From: Promethearchaeota archaeon
GTDB lineage: Archaea > Asgardarchaeota > Hermodarchaeia > Hermodarchaeales > Hermodarchaeaceae
Direction: 5' to 3'
Length of the DNA stretch: 32,000 nucleotides
Assembly: GCA_048938295.1 (NCBI GenBank)
Contig: JBHLMI010000001.1
Location: 149,449-181,448, forward strand
Every line of letters begins with the position of its first letter. Position 1 is the stretch's first letter. Of this stretch, positions 17,806 through 26,444 are shown piece after piece. Under the pieces are notes generated by a model. It worked only from the letters and a program-made list of their open reading frames with translations. It had not been told where the DNA came from and made no database searches. The position numbers and the translations under genes are program-made.

Positions 17806-19677
17806 ATGGTGAAAGTTGAAAATCCTTGGGCAGAATTCAAGAAACAGGTCATTAAAGTGTTACACCTAGCCAGTGGACAAGATCTCAGTAGGTTCCTCGA
17901 AATACCCGGAGACCCACAACACGGAGATTTAGCCTGTACCGCGGCTTTCCACTTGGCTCAGCAGCTTAAAAAGAGCCCAGCAGAAATCGCCAAGGAACTA
18001 GCGTTCTTCGATCCTATCCAATTTCCACTCATTGAGCAAGTCGTTGCTCAGGGACCATATGTGAACTTTTACATCAATGTCATTCCTTATCGCCGAATGG
18101 TCGTCGAAGCGATCCAGGCTGACGGGCCCTCGTATGGCAAAACAAAGCAGTTCGCAGGAAAGCATGTCGTTGTGGAATATCCGGCGGTGAATCCAAACAA
18201 CCCCTTACATATCGGACATGCCCGAAACGCCGTCCTTGGTGACACAGTTGCCCGACTTATGCAAACCGTCGGTTATGATGTCACTCGAATGGATTACATT
18301 AATGATCTCGGACTCCAAATCGCTGTTGCCTTTTGGGCGCGAAAACATCTAGCCTCGTCAGAGTATAAAGGGAAATATGACCAGGTGATTGGTCGCCTTT
18401 ATGTGGATGCCCAAGACCAATACGACGAGGCACAGGTTCGCCAATACTTGAAGCTCATGGAAGAAGGGTACAATGAAGTGGCTTCAGAAGCCCGGAAAAT
18501 GTCGGAACGGGTGCTACGCGCGCATCATAAAACTCATGATCGGCTTAATGTCTACCATGATCTATTAGTATGGGAAAGTGATATTGCGCATTCTGGTTTA
18601 TTTGCCAAGGGGCTGGAGAAAATCATGGAAGCGCCTACGGCATCCCGCCCCACGGAGGGGGAAAAAGCGGGGTGTGTAATTGTGGACCTTAGCACTTATG
18701 ATGAGTTCAAGGAATTGAAGGATACCGAAAAGGTCTTGGTCCGTTCTGATGGAGTCGCCACCTATACAGGAAAGGACATAGTATTTCATTTTTGGAAATT
18801 TGGCATTATCCCAGATCCCTTCAATTACCAATCATTCAAAAGTCCGAAAGCCCGTGAAAATAAGATTTGGACCACTAATCAACAAGGCGAGGGGGGTCAC
18901 TATCGCCCTGCCGATGTGATCTACAATGTAATTGGCATGCCTCAAAGCCAAGAGCAACGTACTGTCTACCTCACCCTGGATACTCTCGGTTATAAGAAGG
19001 AGTCCGCTAACTACTACCATCTAGCCTATGAGCTCGTAACGCTTCCAGATGCCCGAATCTCCGGAAGGAAGGGGACCTGGATAGGTCAAAGCACCGACGA
19101 CATCCTTCGGGAAGCCACACGCCGAGCCCGAAAAGAAGTTAAGAAACGCAACCCCGAAGCGGATACCCGCTTCCTCCGCCAAGTAGCCGAAGCTGTTGGA
19201 TCCGCCGCCATTCGATATGCGCTGCTCAAAGTTGCGGTTGAAAAGCAAATCGTGTTCATATGGGAAGATATGCTCAACTTCGATGGCAACGCGGCTCCCT
19301 ACCTGATGTACACCCACGCCCGTGCTAGCTCCATCCTCAATAAGGAAGCTGCCCCGAAAACAGCGCGGCTCAGCAGTTTAACCGACCCCTTTGAAACTGA
19401 ACTCATTAAGCTTCTCGGTCGATTCCCGGCCCTCATCCTTGAAATCGTAGAGGGAATCCGCCGCGAAGTTTGGGGAACCCGTATCGAACTCTTCCATCTT
19501 GCTGAGTACACCTATGCCCTCTCCGTCGCCTTTAACGCCTTCTACAATCACTGCCCAGTCCTCAAAGCCAAAACTTCCGGGCTCAAGAATGCTCGACTCC
19601 TTCTCGTTGACCTCTGCCGTCAAGTCCTTTCTAACGCTCTCGAGCTGCTGGGAATTACACCACTGGAACGTATATAG
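17806..19677 (+). CDS. argS: Arginine--tRNA ligase
   Basis: N-terminal GDLAC domain, GPYVNF, HIGH motif NPNNPLHIGHARN, DYINDLGLQ, ISGRKG, AAIRY, FDGNAAPYLMYTHARASSIL, FNAFY, C-terminal LELLGI..LERI. ORF open from 17737. Confidence 0.97.
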   Translation: MVKVENPWAEFKKQVIKVLHLASGQDLSRFLEIPGDPQHGDLACTAAFHLAQQLKKSPAEIAKELAFFDPIQFPLIEQVVAQGPYVNFYINVIPYRRMVVEAIQADGPSYGKTKQFAGKHVVVEYPAVNPNNPLHIGHARNAVLGDTVARLMQTVGYDVTRMDYINDLGLQIAVAFWARKHLASSEYKGKYDQVIGRLYVDAQDQYDEAQVRQYLKLMEEGYNEVASEARKMSERVLRAHHKTHDRLNVYHDLLVWESDIAHSGLFAKGLEKIMEAPTASRPTEGEKAGCVIVDLSTYDEFKELKDTEKVLVRSDGVATYTGKDIVFHFWKFGIIPDPFNYQSFKSPKARENKIWTTNQQGEGGHYRPADVIYNVIGMPQSQEQRTVYLTLDTLGYKKESANYYHLAYELVTLPDARISGRKGTWIGQSTDDILREATRRARKEVKKRNPEADTRFLRQVAEAVGSAAIRYALLKVAVEKQIVFIWEDMLNFDGNAAPYLMYTHARASSILNKEAAPKTARLSSLTDPFETELIKLLGRFPALILEIVEGIRREVWGTRIELFHLAEYTYALSVAFNAFYNHCPVLKAKTSGLKNARLLLVDLCRQVLSNALELLGITPLERI

Positions 19678-19789
19678 ATGTTCATCATGGTTAACTAGTC
19701 TTATATCACAAGAGATTTATATTACTATATGACTTAACTTTCTCAATAAACGAGAATACTTGACTCGGTATTTACAGGAGTGATTCATT

Positions 19790-20731
19790 TTGGAAGTTGT
19801 ATATCGTCTTTGGGCACCCAACCAAGGGCTCGAAGAAATCCAAGCCCAAATCTATACTGAGGCATCTGGGCTTCCCGCACGGGCTGAAGAAATTCGAATT
19901 CGTAATATGGCTCGGGATCCTAAAATGACCAGGTATGCGTTGACTGAAGCTGGTGAACCCTTAGCCTATATCACCTCACGGGCTTCTAGTTCAGAAAGGG
20001 GAAGGATGTATATTGGCTACCCGTGGGCCATGCCGGGGACCCCGACTGAAGTCCAAGAGAAGCTCTTTGATGAGGTGTTTACATACCTGAAGAAGCAACA
20101 AAGGACAGAGGAAATCGCCACAACCGTTGTTTACACCGCCAAAATAGCTGCTAAGCAGTTAGCTTTTTGGGAGGAGAAAGGATTCGTTGAGGATGAAAGG
20201 ATCTATCGGTATGTTCTTGATTTTAATTTCAAGGAAATCAGTAAATGGAAGTTACCTGACAAACTCATGAGCTTTACCAGTCGTGTTGCAACCAAGAAGG
20301 ATTTGAAATACCTGTATGAGGTTTCACAGGCTGATCCTGGGCTTGCCGAAGAGTTTGCCAACGAAGAAGCCCGGGAGAACTACTTCAAAGGGCGAGTAAT
20401 GAAAGATGGCCACGCCGTCCTCCTCTTCGATGAAGACAAAGTTATTGCTGCCAGCGCACCACTCAAAATAGAACCGGATCAGCGGTTCCTCTTTGGAGAT
20501 GAACCACGGGTGTTGATGCGGTTCACAGCAATCCGAGCCGGATACCAACATGTATGGAAACGATTGGTCTATGAGCTCGCGAAACAAGTCGAAGTAGCTG
20601 GTTGGAGCGATACACCATTACGAACGAACTTCTATTTCAGAACTGATTCACCCCTCGCAATGAACTTCGCAAAAATGCAACCTGAACTGGAGATGTTCGA
20701 AGTAATACTCAAAAAGTCATTAACCACTTGA
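19790..20731 (+). CDS. Hypothetical protein, probably tandem GNAT-like fold
   Basis: 313 aa, TTG start with GGAGTG upstream. Pattern GEPLAYI...GYPW...QEKLF...FWEEKGF...YRVATKKD resembles duplicated GNAT acetyltransferases (fold inferred). Confidence 0.55.
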   Translation: MEVVYRLWAPNQGLEEIQAQIYTEASGLPARAEEIRIRNMARDPKMTRYALTEAGEPLAYITSRASSSERGRMYIGYPWAMPGTPTEVQEKLFDEVFTYLKKQQRTEEIATTVVYTAKIAAKQLAFWEEKGFVEDERIYRYVLDFNFKEISKWKLPDKLMSFTSRVATKKDLKYLYEVSQADPGLAEEFANEEARENYFKGRVMKDGHAVLLFDEDKVIAASAPLKIEPDQRFLFGDEPRVLMRFTAIRAGYQHVWKRLVYELAKQVEVAGWSDTPLRTNFYFRTDSPLAMNFAKMQPELEMFEVILKKSLTT

Positions 20732-20750
20732 ACGAAACGAGCTGCTTACA

Positions 20751-21584
20751 GTGAAACCAACTGTAGCCATTGTAAACACTGACTCTCTCCCCCAAGCCAT
20801 CGAAACCATAGGAGGGTTGAATGGGCTTAATACTCCTGATCGGAAGGTCGTTGTCAAAGTAGGTATCTATAACCCAAAGACAGGGATTTGTTCTACGATA
20901 AAAACGGTGAATGCTATCATCACCACATTTGACCAAGCTTCAGAGATTCTAATCGTAGAATCCGATACCGGAGCTGGTCCAGGACTGAAACGCTTAGAGG
21001 TCTGGAAAGACTGTTACAACGATAGAGCTACTCCCTTCAATCTCTCAACAGACGAACACACTCAATTGGTCGAAGTAGCAGGCGAACAGATACCCTTCGC
21101 TCAGACACTCTTAGATCCTAAGACGTTTATCAGTACACATGTGCCGCGTCGGTATGAAGAAGCCGGACTTGAGGATCTAATGAATCAGGGGTTTGTGATC
21201 AAGAACCTATTAGGGCTAGTTTTGGATACGAACAAGCACCGCTTCCATGATCAATTGGCTACTGCCCTCATCGATATGTATGAAGCTGCTGGCGGCATTG
21301 ATCTAGCGGTATTAGATGCCACACACGTTTTTCTTGGTTGGAAGAAAAAACGCTTCACCGTATCACCCGAACTGCTAATCGTTGGAAAAGATGCCTTTGC
21401 AGTGGAAGCCATCGGCATGCACCTTTTAGGATTTGATCCAGCAAAAATGCCAGTCTTACAAGAAGCTCAAGCCCGAGGACTCGGTGAAATCAATGTTGAC
21501 CAAATTAACATCGTCGGAGACATTGAAGGTCCCAAACAGCTGATCAGTCATGCCTTTAGTAAGCTAGTGCCCAGGTCTGTCTAA
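20751..21584 (+). CDS. DUF362-like protein (divergent)
   Basis: VVVKVG, ILIVESD, FNLS, IKNLLG, KHRFH, DLAVLDA, LLIVGKDAFAVEAIGMHLLGFDP...LQEA..RGLG follows the DUF362 layout. Confidence 0.7.
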   Translation: MKPTVAIVNTDSLPQAIETIGGLNGLNTPDRKVVVKVGIYNPKTGICSTIKTVNAIITTFDQASEILIVESDTGAGPGLKRLEVWKDCYNDRATPFNLSTDEHTQLVEVAGEQIPFAQTLLDPKTFISTHVPRRYEEAGLEDLMNQGFVIKNLLGLVLDTNKHRFHDQLATALIDMYEAAGGIDLAVLDATHVFLGWKKKRFTVSPELLIVGKDAFAVEAIGMHLLGFDPAKMPVLQEAQARGLGEINVDQINIVGDIEGPKQLISHAFSKLVPRSV

Positions 21585-21612
21585 AATACAAGACGTAGCG
21601 TACTAGCTCCTA

Positions 21613-22170
21613 CTATTGCTCTTTACTCAGATCCTTCAGCTTCTCGGCGAACCCTTTTTCTAGTTTTGATAACTTGGGCGGAATCACTACACGAGCATAC
21701 GCTTGGTTGGGGTTCCGGGTAAAGAAATTCTGATGATACTCTTCAGCTTTATAAAAGGCTATAAATGGCTCCACTGTCGTGACAATAGGCTTGGAATATT
21801 TGTCCGACTTATTCAATTCTTTAATCAGGTCTTGCGCGACCTTCTTCTGCTGCTCATCATGATAAAACACCACAGAGCGATACTGGGTACCGACATCATT
21901 GCCCTGTCGATTCAATGTCGTGGGATCATGAGTGGCAAAGAAGATTTCGAGCAATTCTCGAAATCTTATCATGGTCGGATTGTAAGTAATTTGGATTACC
22001 TCAACGTGTCCCGTTCGGCCTGTACTCACCTGGTTATATGTGGCGGTTTCTGCACTGCCTCCCGAATATCCGGACTCGACCTTCTTAACACCTTTCAAGC
22101 GAAGGAATACGGCTTCGGTGCACCAGAAGCAGCCGCCACCCAAAGTGGCAAACGCTAATTCTTCACTCAT
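21613..22170 (-). CDS. msrA: Peptide-methionine (S)-S-oxide reductase MsrA
   Basis: GGGCFWCTEA, SGYSGG, TGHVEV, HDPTTLNRQGNDVGTQYRS, FYKAEEYHQ. SD GGTGA favours ATG 22170. Confidence 0.97.
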   Translation of the reverse strand: MSEELAFATLGGGCFWCTEAVFLRLKGVKKVESGYSGGSAETATYNQVSTGRTGHVEVIQITYNPTMIRFRELLEIFFATHDPTTLNRQGNDVGTQYRSVVFYHDEQQKKVAQDLIKELNKSDKYSKPIVTTVEPFIAFYKAEEYHQNFFTRNPNQAYARVVIPPKLSKLEKGFAEKLKDLSKEQ

Positions 22171-22403
22171 TTTCATCTCACCTTTATCGGCTCATTTGCC
22201 TGCATTCCTCAAAAATCCAATGAATTAACGAGAGCAGATTCAGCACATGACAGGTGGTCTAAAGATATTAAACAAAAATCCCATTCTCTGGTTTTGCGTG
22301 ATTTTTCTATGTCCCCTTCTATTCCCAATTTCAATCCTCCCCAACGTGAGGCACAAGTGGGAAGTCCGTGGCTTACACTCCGGGGTCTCCGCATTATACG
22401 AGG

Positions 22404-23726
22404 CTAATGTTTTTTGGGAAAATCTTTGAAGACATCCTCCAGAGTGGGTTTGCCAATTTCCTGGAGTTCATACTTCACACGTACTGACGGCTTCTTGATT
22501 TTAACCACCCGGCCCAAATCAATAGGAGTGCCTACCACAACCACTTCTGCATCAACCGCATTGATGGTTTCTTCAAGTTCTTTGATCTGCTCATCTCCAT
22601 AACCCATGGCCGGAAGAATATCACTCAAATGGCTGTATTTCTCAAAGGTGTCCTTTATCGACCCAACCGCATAGGGTCGTGGATCAATGATTTCCGCCGC
22701 ACCATACTTTTCAGCCGCAACCCAACCGGCACCGATATCCATTTCACCATGAGTCAGTGTCGGACCATCCTCAATAACCAAGACGCGTTTTCCGCGAATC
22801 GCATCAGGATTATCAACAAAAAGAGGTGAGGCAGCATCGATGATAATGGCACGAGGATTCACAACCCTGATGGTTCGTCGGACCTGGTCAATGCACTCCG
22901 GTTCTGCCGAGTCAATCTTGTTGATAATAACCACATCTGCCATTCGCAGGTTAGTCTCGCCAGGGTGATACGTAACCTCATGGCCGGCTCGGAGGGGATC
23001 AGCAATCACAATATGGATATCAGGCTGATAGAAGGGAAAGTCATTGTTTCCGCCATCGAAGACAATGACATCGGCTTCTTTTTCGGCTTCTTCGAGGATT
23101 TTACTATAATCAACGCCAGCATACACGATGGCGCCCCGGTCAATATGCGGCTCATATTCTTCCATTTCTTCAATAGTGGTCTTATACTTCTTGAGATCTG
23201 CAATAGTCTCAAACCGCTGGCACACCTGTTCCGTTAAATCACCATAAGGCATTGGATGCCGAATCACAACCACTTTCAAACCCTTGTTTCGGAGAATTTC
23301 TACAACACGGCGACTTGTTTGGCTCTTCCCAGAACCAGTACGGACGGCGCAGATCGCCACTACTGGCTTTTTACTTTTCAGCATCGTTGTAGCTGGTCCC
23401 ATCAACCGAAAGTCGGCACCCATCGAATGCACCCAAGACGCTAAGTGCATCACGTCCAGGTGTGCAATATCACTGTAGGCGAAAATGACTTGTTCAACGT
23501 TATGCTCTTTGACAAGGGCAGGGAGTATCTCTTCTGCATGAATCGGAATGCCCTTCGGATAAAGCTTACCCGCAAGTACCGATGGATAGATGCGTTTTTC
23601 AATACCAGGGATTTGCGTAGCAGTAAAGGCAACGACCTCATATTTCTCGTTATCTCGGAAATAGACGTTGAAATTATGGAAATCGCGTCCTGCTGCACCC
23701 ATAATGATTACGCGCGTACGAGCCAT
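22404..23726 (-). CDS. COG2403 P-loop protein (cyclic-2,3-diphosphoglycerate-synthetase-like superfamily), probably arginine synthetase ArcE type
   Basis: RVIIMGAAGRDFHNFN N-terminus, P-loop AVRTGSGKSQ, RHPMPYG, TIEEMEEYEPH, DGGNNDFPF, EDGPTLTHG, PAMGY. Subfamily assignment is from recall, not a search. Confidence 0.8.
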   Translation of the reverse strand: MARTRVIIMGAAGRDFHNFNVYFRDNEKYEVVAFTATQIPGIEKRIYPSVLAGKLYPKGIPIHAEEILPALVKEHNVEQVIFAYSDIAHLDVMHLASWVHSMGADFRLMGPATTMLKSKKPVVAICAVRTGSGKSQTSRRVVEILRNKGLKVVVIRHPMPYGDLTEQVCQRFETIADLKKYKTTIEEMEEYEPHIDRGAIVYAGVDYSKILEEAEKEADVIVFDGGNNDFPFYQPDIHIVIADPLRAGHEVTYHPGETNLRMADVVIINKIDSAEPECIDQVRRTIRVVNPRAIIIDAASPLFVDNPDAIRGKRVLVIEDGPTLTHGEMDIGAGWVAAEKYGAAEIIDPRPYAVGSIKDTFEKYSHLSDILPAMGYGDEQIKELEETINAVDAEVVVVGTPIDLGRVVKIKKPSVRVKYELQEIGKPTLEDVFKDFPKKH

Positions 23727-23804
23727 ACTCAATCACATCCACTTATCCGCACGAAAGCAATTGGTGAGTAAAAGCCTTGTGTTTCGTCAGAAAACATTAA
23801 ATTC

Positions 23805-24060
23805 GTGGAATGACTCCCCGTTGCGAGCTCCCCAAGGTCTGTAGAACCTCAAAAGCCAACCGCAAAGGATTAAAAGGCACCGTTTATCTGCTACATCATA
23901 CAGGAGGTATTTCCATGCGGGGAAAAACTGGAAAAGGTATCCTCCTTTTGGGGCTACGGTTATTTAAAATCCTCTTAACGCCCTTCCTTCGAAGGTAGCG
24001 GCGGGGATGCTTCTTACACGTGGGGGTGAAGTTATTTTTTCCTCTAGGGACTTCACTCCT
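23805..24060 (+). other. Hairpin-rich intergenic element, candidate ncRNA or regulatory leader
   Basis: Three hand-folded stems (23902-23945, about 23969-24008, 24023-24059) that contain G-U pairs on the + strand. No family match recognised. Confidence 0.35.
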
Positions 24061-24185
24061 GTGGATTTTCTTCTGAAACGTTTATCATCTTGAAAGCTAT
24101 GGATCTGGAGCTTCTATATTGATGACAAAGACAAACTTTTATAACTCCAAGCTGTGAACGTGCTTCTACCAGAGGTAGAACTGCA

Positions 24186-24896
24186 ATGATGGAAAGAAGT
24201 CTAGCCTATGACCGTGCGATTACAATTTTCAGTCCCGAAGGCCGCCTATATCAGGTTGAATATGCGTTAGAAGCGGTCCGTCGAGGCAAAACCGCGATTG
24301 GCGTTAAAGCAGCAAACGGTGCCGTAATCGGCGTCCACAAAGAAGCCACTTCTCCCCTAATGGATTTGGAACAAATCCAAAAAATCTACGTGGTAGACAA
24401 ACACATTGGCTGCGCAATCGCTGGACTCCACGCTGATGCTCGTGTCCTCGTTGACTATGCCCGTGTCCAAAGCCAGATCAACCAAATCACCTATGGAGAA
24501 CCCATCGATGTTGAGGTGCTAACCAAGAAGGTCTGCGACCTGAAACAAAATTACACGCAAGTTGGTGGAATTCGTCCCTTTGGTGTCTCTCTCTTGATTG
24601 CTGGAGTAGATTCACAGGGTCCACAAATTTTCACCACCGACCCCTCTGGTTCCTACTGGAGTTGGCGAGCCACAGCGATCGGATACAACTCAGAAGCAGC
24701 GCGAGAATATTTAGCAAAGCATTATAAACCCGCAATTAAGCTGATGCCTGCAGCGGTGAAACTATGCATTGATACCCTTCGACAGGTTGTTGAAGAGAAA
24801 CTCGACGAGGAAGCTATGGAAATCTCCATCGTCGATACTGAGAAACGCGTCTTCACCCAACTTAGCAATGAGGAAATTCGCAATCTTCTGGGATAG
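24186..24896 (+). CDS. psmA: Proteasome subunit alpha (stand-alone, possibly a secondary paralog)
   Basis: YDRAITIFSPEGRLYQVEYA, GCAIAGLHADARVL, YTQVGGIRPFGVSLL, TDPSG, ATAIG. TATA-like CTTTTATAA near 24136-24144. Confidence 0.95.
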   Translation: MMERSLAYDRAITIFSPEGRLYQVEYALEAVRRGKTAIGVKAANGAVIGVHKEATSPLMDLEQIQKIYVVDKHIGCAIAGLHADARVLVDYARVQSQINQITYGEPIDVEVLTKKVCDLKQNYTQVGGIRPFGVSLLIAGVDSQGPQIFTTDPSGSYWSWRATAIGYNSEAAREYLAKHYKPAIKLMPAAVKLCIDTLRQVVEEKLDEEAMEISIVDTEKRVFTQLSNEEIRNLLG

Positions 24897-24953
24897 CTTG
24901 TGAAATCCCTGCAAATTCTTTCTAAAAAGGTCTCAAGAGTAGATTAGAGGGGA

Positions 24954-25511
24954 TCACTCCTCAAATTGCCAATCCTCCTCTTCGTCATCTTTCTTGTCTT
25001 TCTTCTCTTTGCCTTTCACACGTTGGATCTGGCTACGTAATGGGAGGTCAACCCGGAGAACATGGTCTGCAGCGTTTTGCACCGCTACGCTAAAGCCCGG
25101 TTCAAACCCAATCGCTATCGTTTCCAGACCATGTTCACGTGCGCGTCGGAGGATTGGGGCAGTCCTTGCGTGACGGCTAAAGATCACGAGTAACTTAGTA
25201 GCATCACCTAAGACGAGATCCATTGATTCAATTGCCATGTGGAGATGCACATCAATGGTAGTGACCACGGGTGTGAATCCACTATTCGATATAGCCTCTA
25301 ACAGCTTAGTGCTGGCGCGATTGTTCAAGTAGACCTTTGCGACACCAATTTTTCCAAAATCCTCTATCTGGTTCTTCAAATCATCTAATCGCACATCAAA
25401 TTCGCGACGAAGAACATTGGGACCATCGATAAGTAATGCAACTCTTCCCGAACGACGAAGTCTTGTTACTAAGCGGATAAGACTTCGAATTCGTCCAGTT
25501 CGAGAAGACAT
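24954..25511 (-). CDS. NYN-domain protein (TIGR00288/LabA-DUF88-like)
   Basis: VALLIDGPNVLRREF, GFTPVV..IDVHL.IE..D, GLETIAIG.EPGFSVAVQNAADH. The second acidic motif appears altered (FSRHAR in place of SRDADF). Confidence 0.8.
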   Translation of the reverse strand: MSSRTGRIRSLIRLVTRLRRSGRVALLIDGPNVLRREFDVRLDDLKNQIEDFGKIGVAKVYLNNRASTKLLEAISNSGFTPVVTTIDVHLHMAIESMDLVLGDATKLLVIFSRHARTAPILRRAREHGLETIAIGFEPGFSVAVQNAADHVLRVDLPLRSQIQRVKGKEKKDKKDDEEEDWQFEE

Positions 25512-25627
25512 AGATGATCCAACTCGTTTGAGCTGATAATAGATTCAAATGCCGAATAGTTGTTCTTTTCTCAATCCCTCTTGCTCTCCCTTATTTCTTT
25601 TGTTTTAGATACGGAAAGTTTAACTGC

Positions 25628-26344
25628 ATGTCTTTGGCTGTAGCCAGAAGGGGGCTAACCGTCTTGAAACAAGTCATCGATCAAGAAAAAGCATGGGACA
25701 TGATTCGTGGAGTAAAAAGTGCTGGTGGACAAATCGCATCAGCTACCATCCATGTTAGGGTCACAGAAAGTGCAAATGAAGCGGATTTCAGGAACACTGT
25801 GAATGCCATCTTAGATGAAGGGCTAGCCCAACCTAGGGGTCGCGCTGTAATTGTCTGGGGTGAAAAAGCTACAGAAATTAATGACATTGCTAATCTCTGG
25901 ATGCACTATGGAGTTGTTGAATCCACGGAGATCCTTTCCACCTGTCGAAATTTGGCTGGTAAAGCCGGTTTTGGGGAGACTGGACGGATTCGATTAACCT
26001 GTGCTTTAGAATTTTCCGAGCGGAATCGAGTTGTAACCCTCCATGATTTAGCTTATCCCGCCCGTGGTGGTGAAGCGGTAGCAGACACGGTTGCCCTTCG
26101 TCCCTACAAAGCGGTTAGCGAAAAAGGCGAATACACTTTCAAAACACTTACCGAACTGAAGGAGTTCCTCGAAAAGGTCAAGAATGCTGAAACTCACAAG
26201 TTTGATGATAAAACCGGAAAATGGATTCGGTGGGTTGAAGTTGAGCAAACCGAGGATACACTCTTTGTCAGCATTCCTAGCCAAAAGGGGTCACGTCGCC
26301 TTCAAATTGATCTTAAAACCGGGAAAGTCGAGGAAAAGAAATAA
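25628..26344 (+). CDS. Hypothetical protein (soluble, 238 aa)
   Basis: Long ORF filling the gap, codon style like its neighbours, followed by a T-rich tract. No family recognised. Confidence 0.7.
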   Translation: MSLAVARRGLTVLKQVIDQEKAWDMIRGVKSAGGQIASATIHVRVTESANEADFRNTVNAILDEGLAQPRGRAVIVWGEKATEINDIANLWMHYGVVESTEILSTCRNLAGKAGFGETGRIRLTCALEFSERNRVVTLHDLAYPARGGEAVADTVALRPYKAVSEKGEYTFKTLTELKEFLEKVKNAETHKFDDKTGKWIRWVEVEQTEDTLFVSIPSQKGSRRLQIDLKTGKVEEKK

Positions 26345-26367
26345 TTCCTACTTTCTCTCTTTTTTAA
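26345..26367 (+). terminator. Candidate archaeal oligo-U terminator
   Basis: CTACTTTCTCTCTTTTTT directly after the stop of 25628-26344. Confidence 0.35.
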
Positions 26368-26444
26368 GGAGCAGGCTTATTAGCCTTTAAGAACAATTGT
26401 CTACTCCGTAGAGGAACGTCATCAACAAAGCGAGGTAACCGTTC

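Noticed and set aside
16270-19732. Antisense and overlapping ORFs within fbp and argS (e.g. 16270-16809 -, 19021-19317 -)
   Set aside because: They lie over strongly supported genes and show no independent coding signal.
22404-23726. Cyclic 2,3-diphosphoglycerate synthetase label
   Set aside because: The N-terminus differs from methanogen CpgS (DGEHY-type), and no 2-phosphoglycerate kinase is adjacent.
23760-24070. RNase P RNA or SRP RNA in the intergenic gap
   Set aside because: The conserved GAGGAA-N-UCC/ACAGAA pairing elements and the CAGG-GNRA-AGCA helix-8 motif were not found on either strand. The region is kept only as an unclassified structured element.
25561-25607. Pyrimidine-rich tract between the NYN gene and the 238-aa gene
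   Set aside because: It has no internal repeat or pairing, and is consistent with an ordinary divergent promoter spacer.
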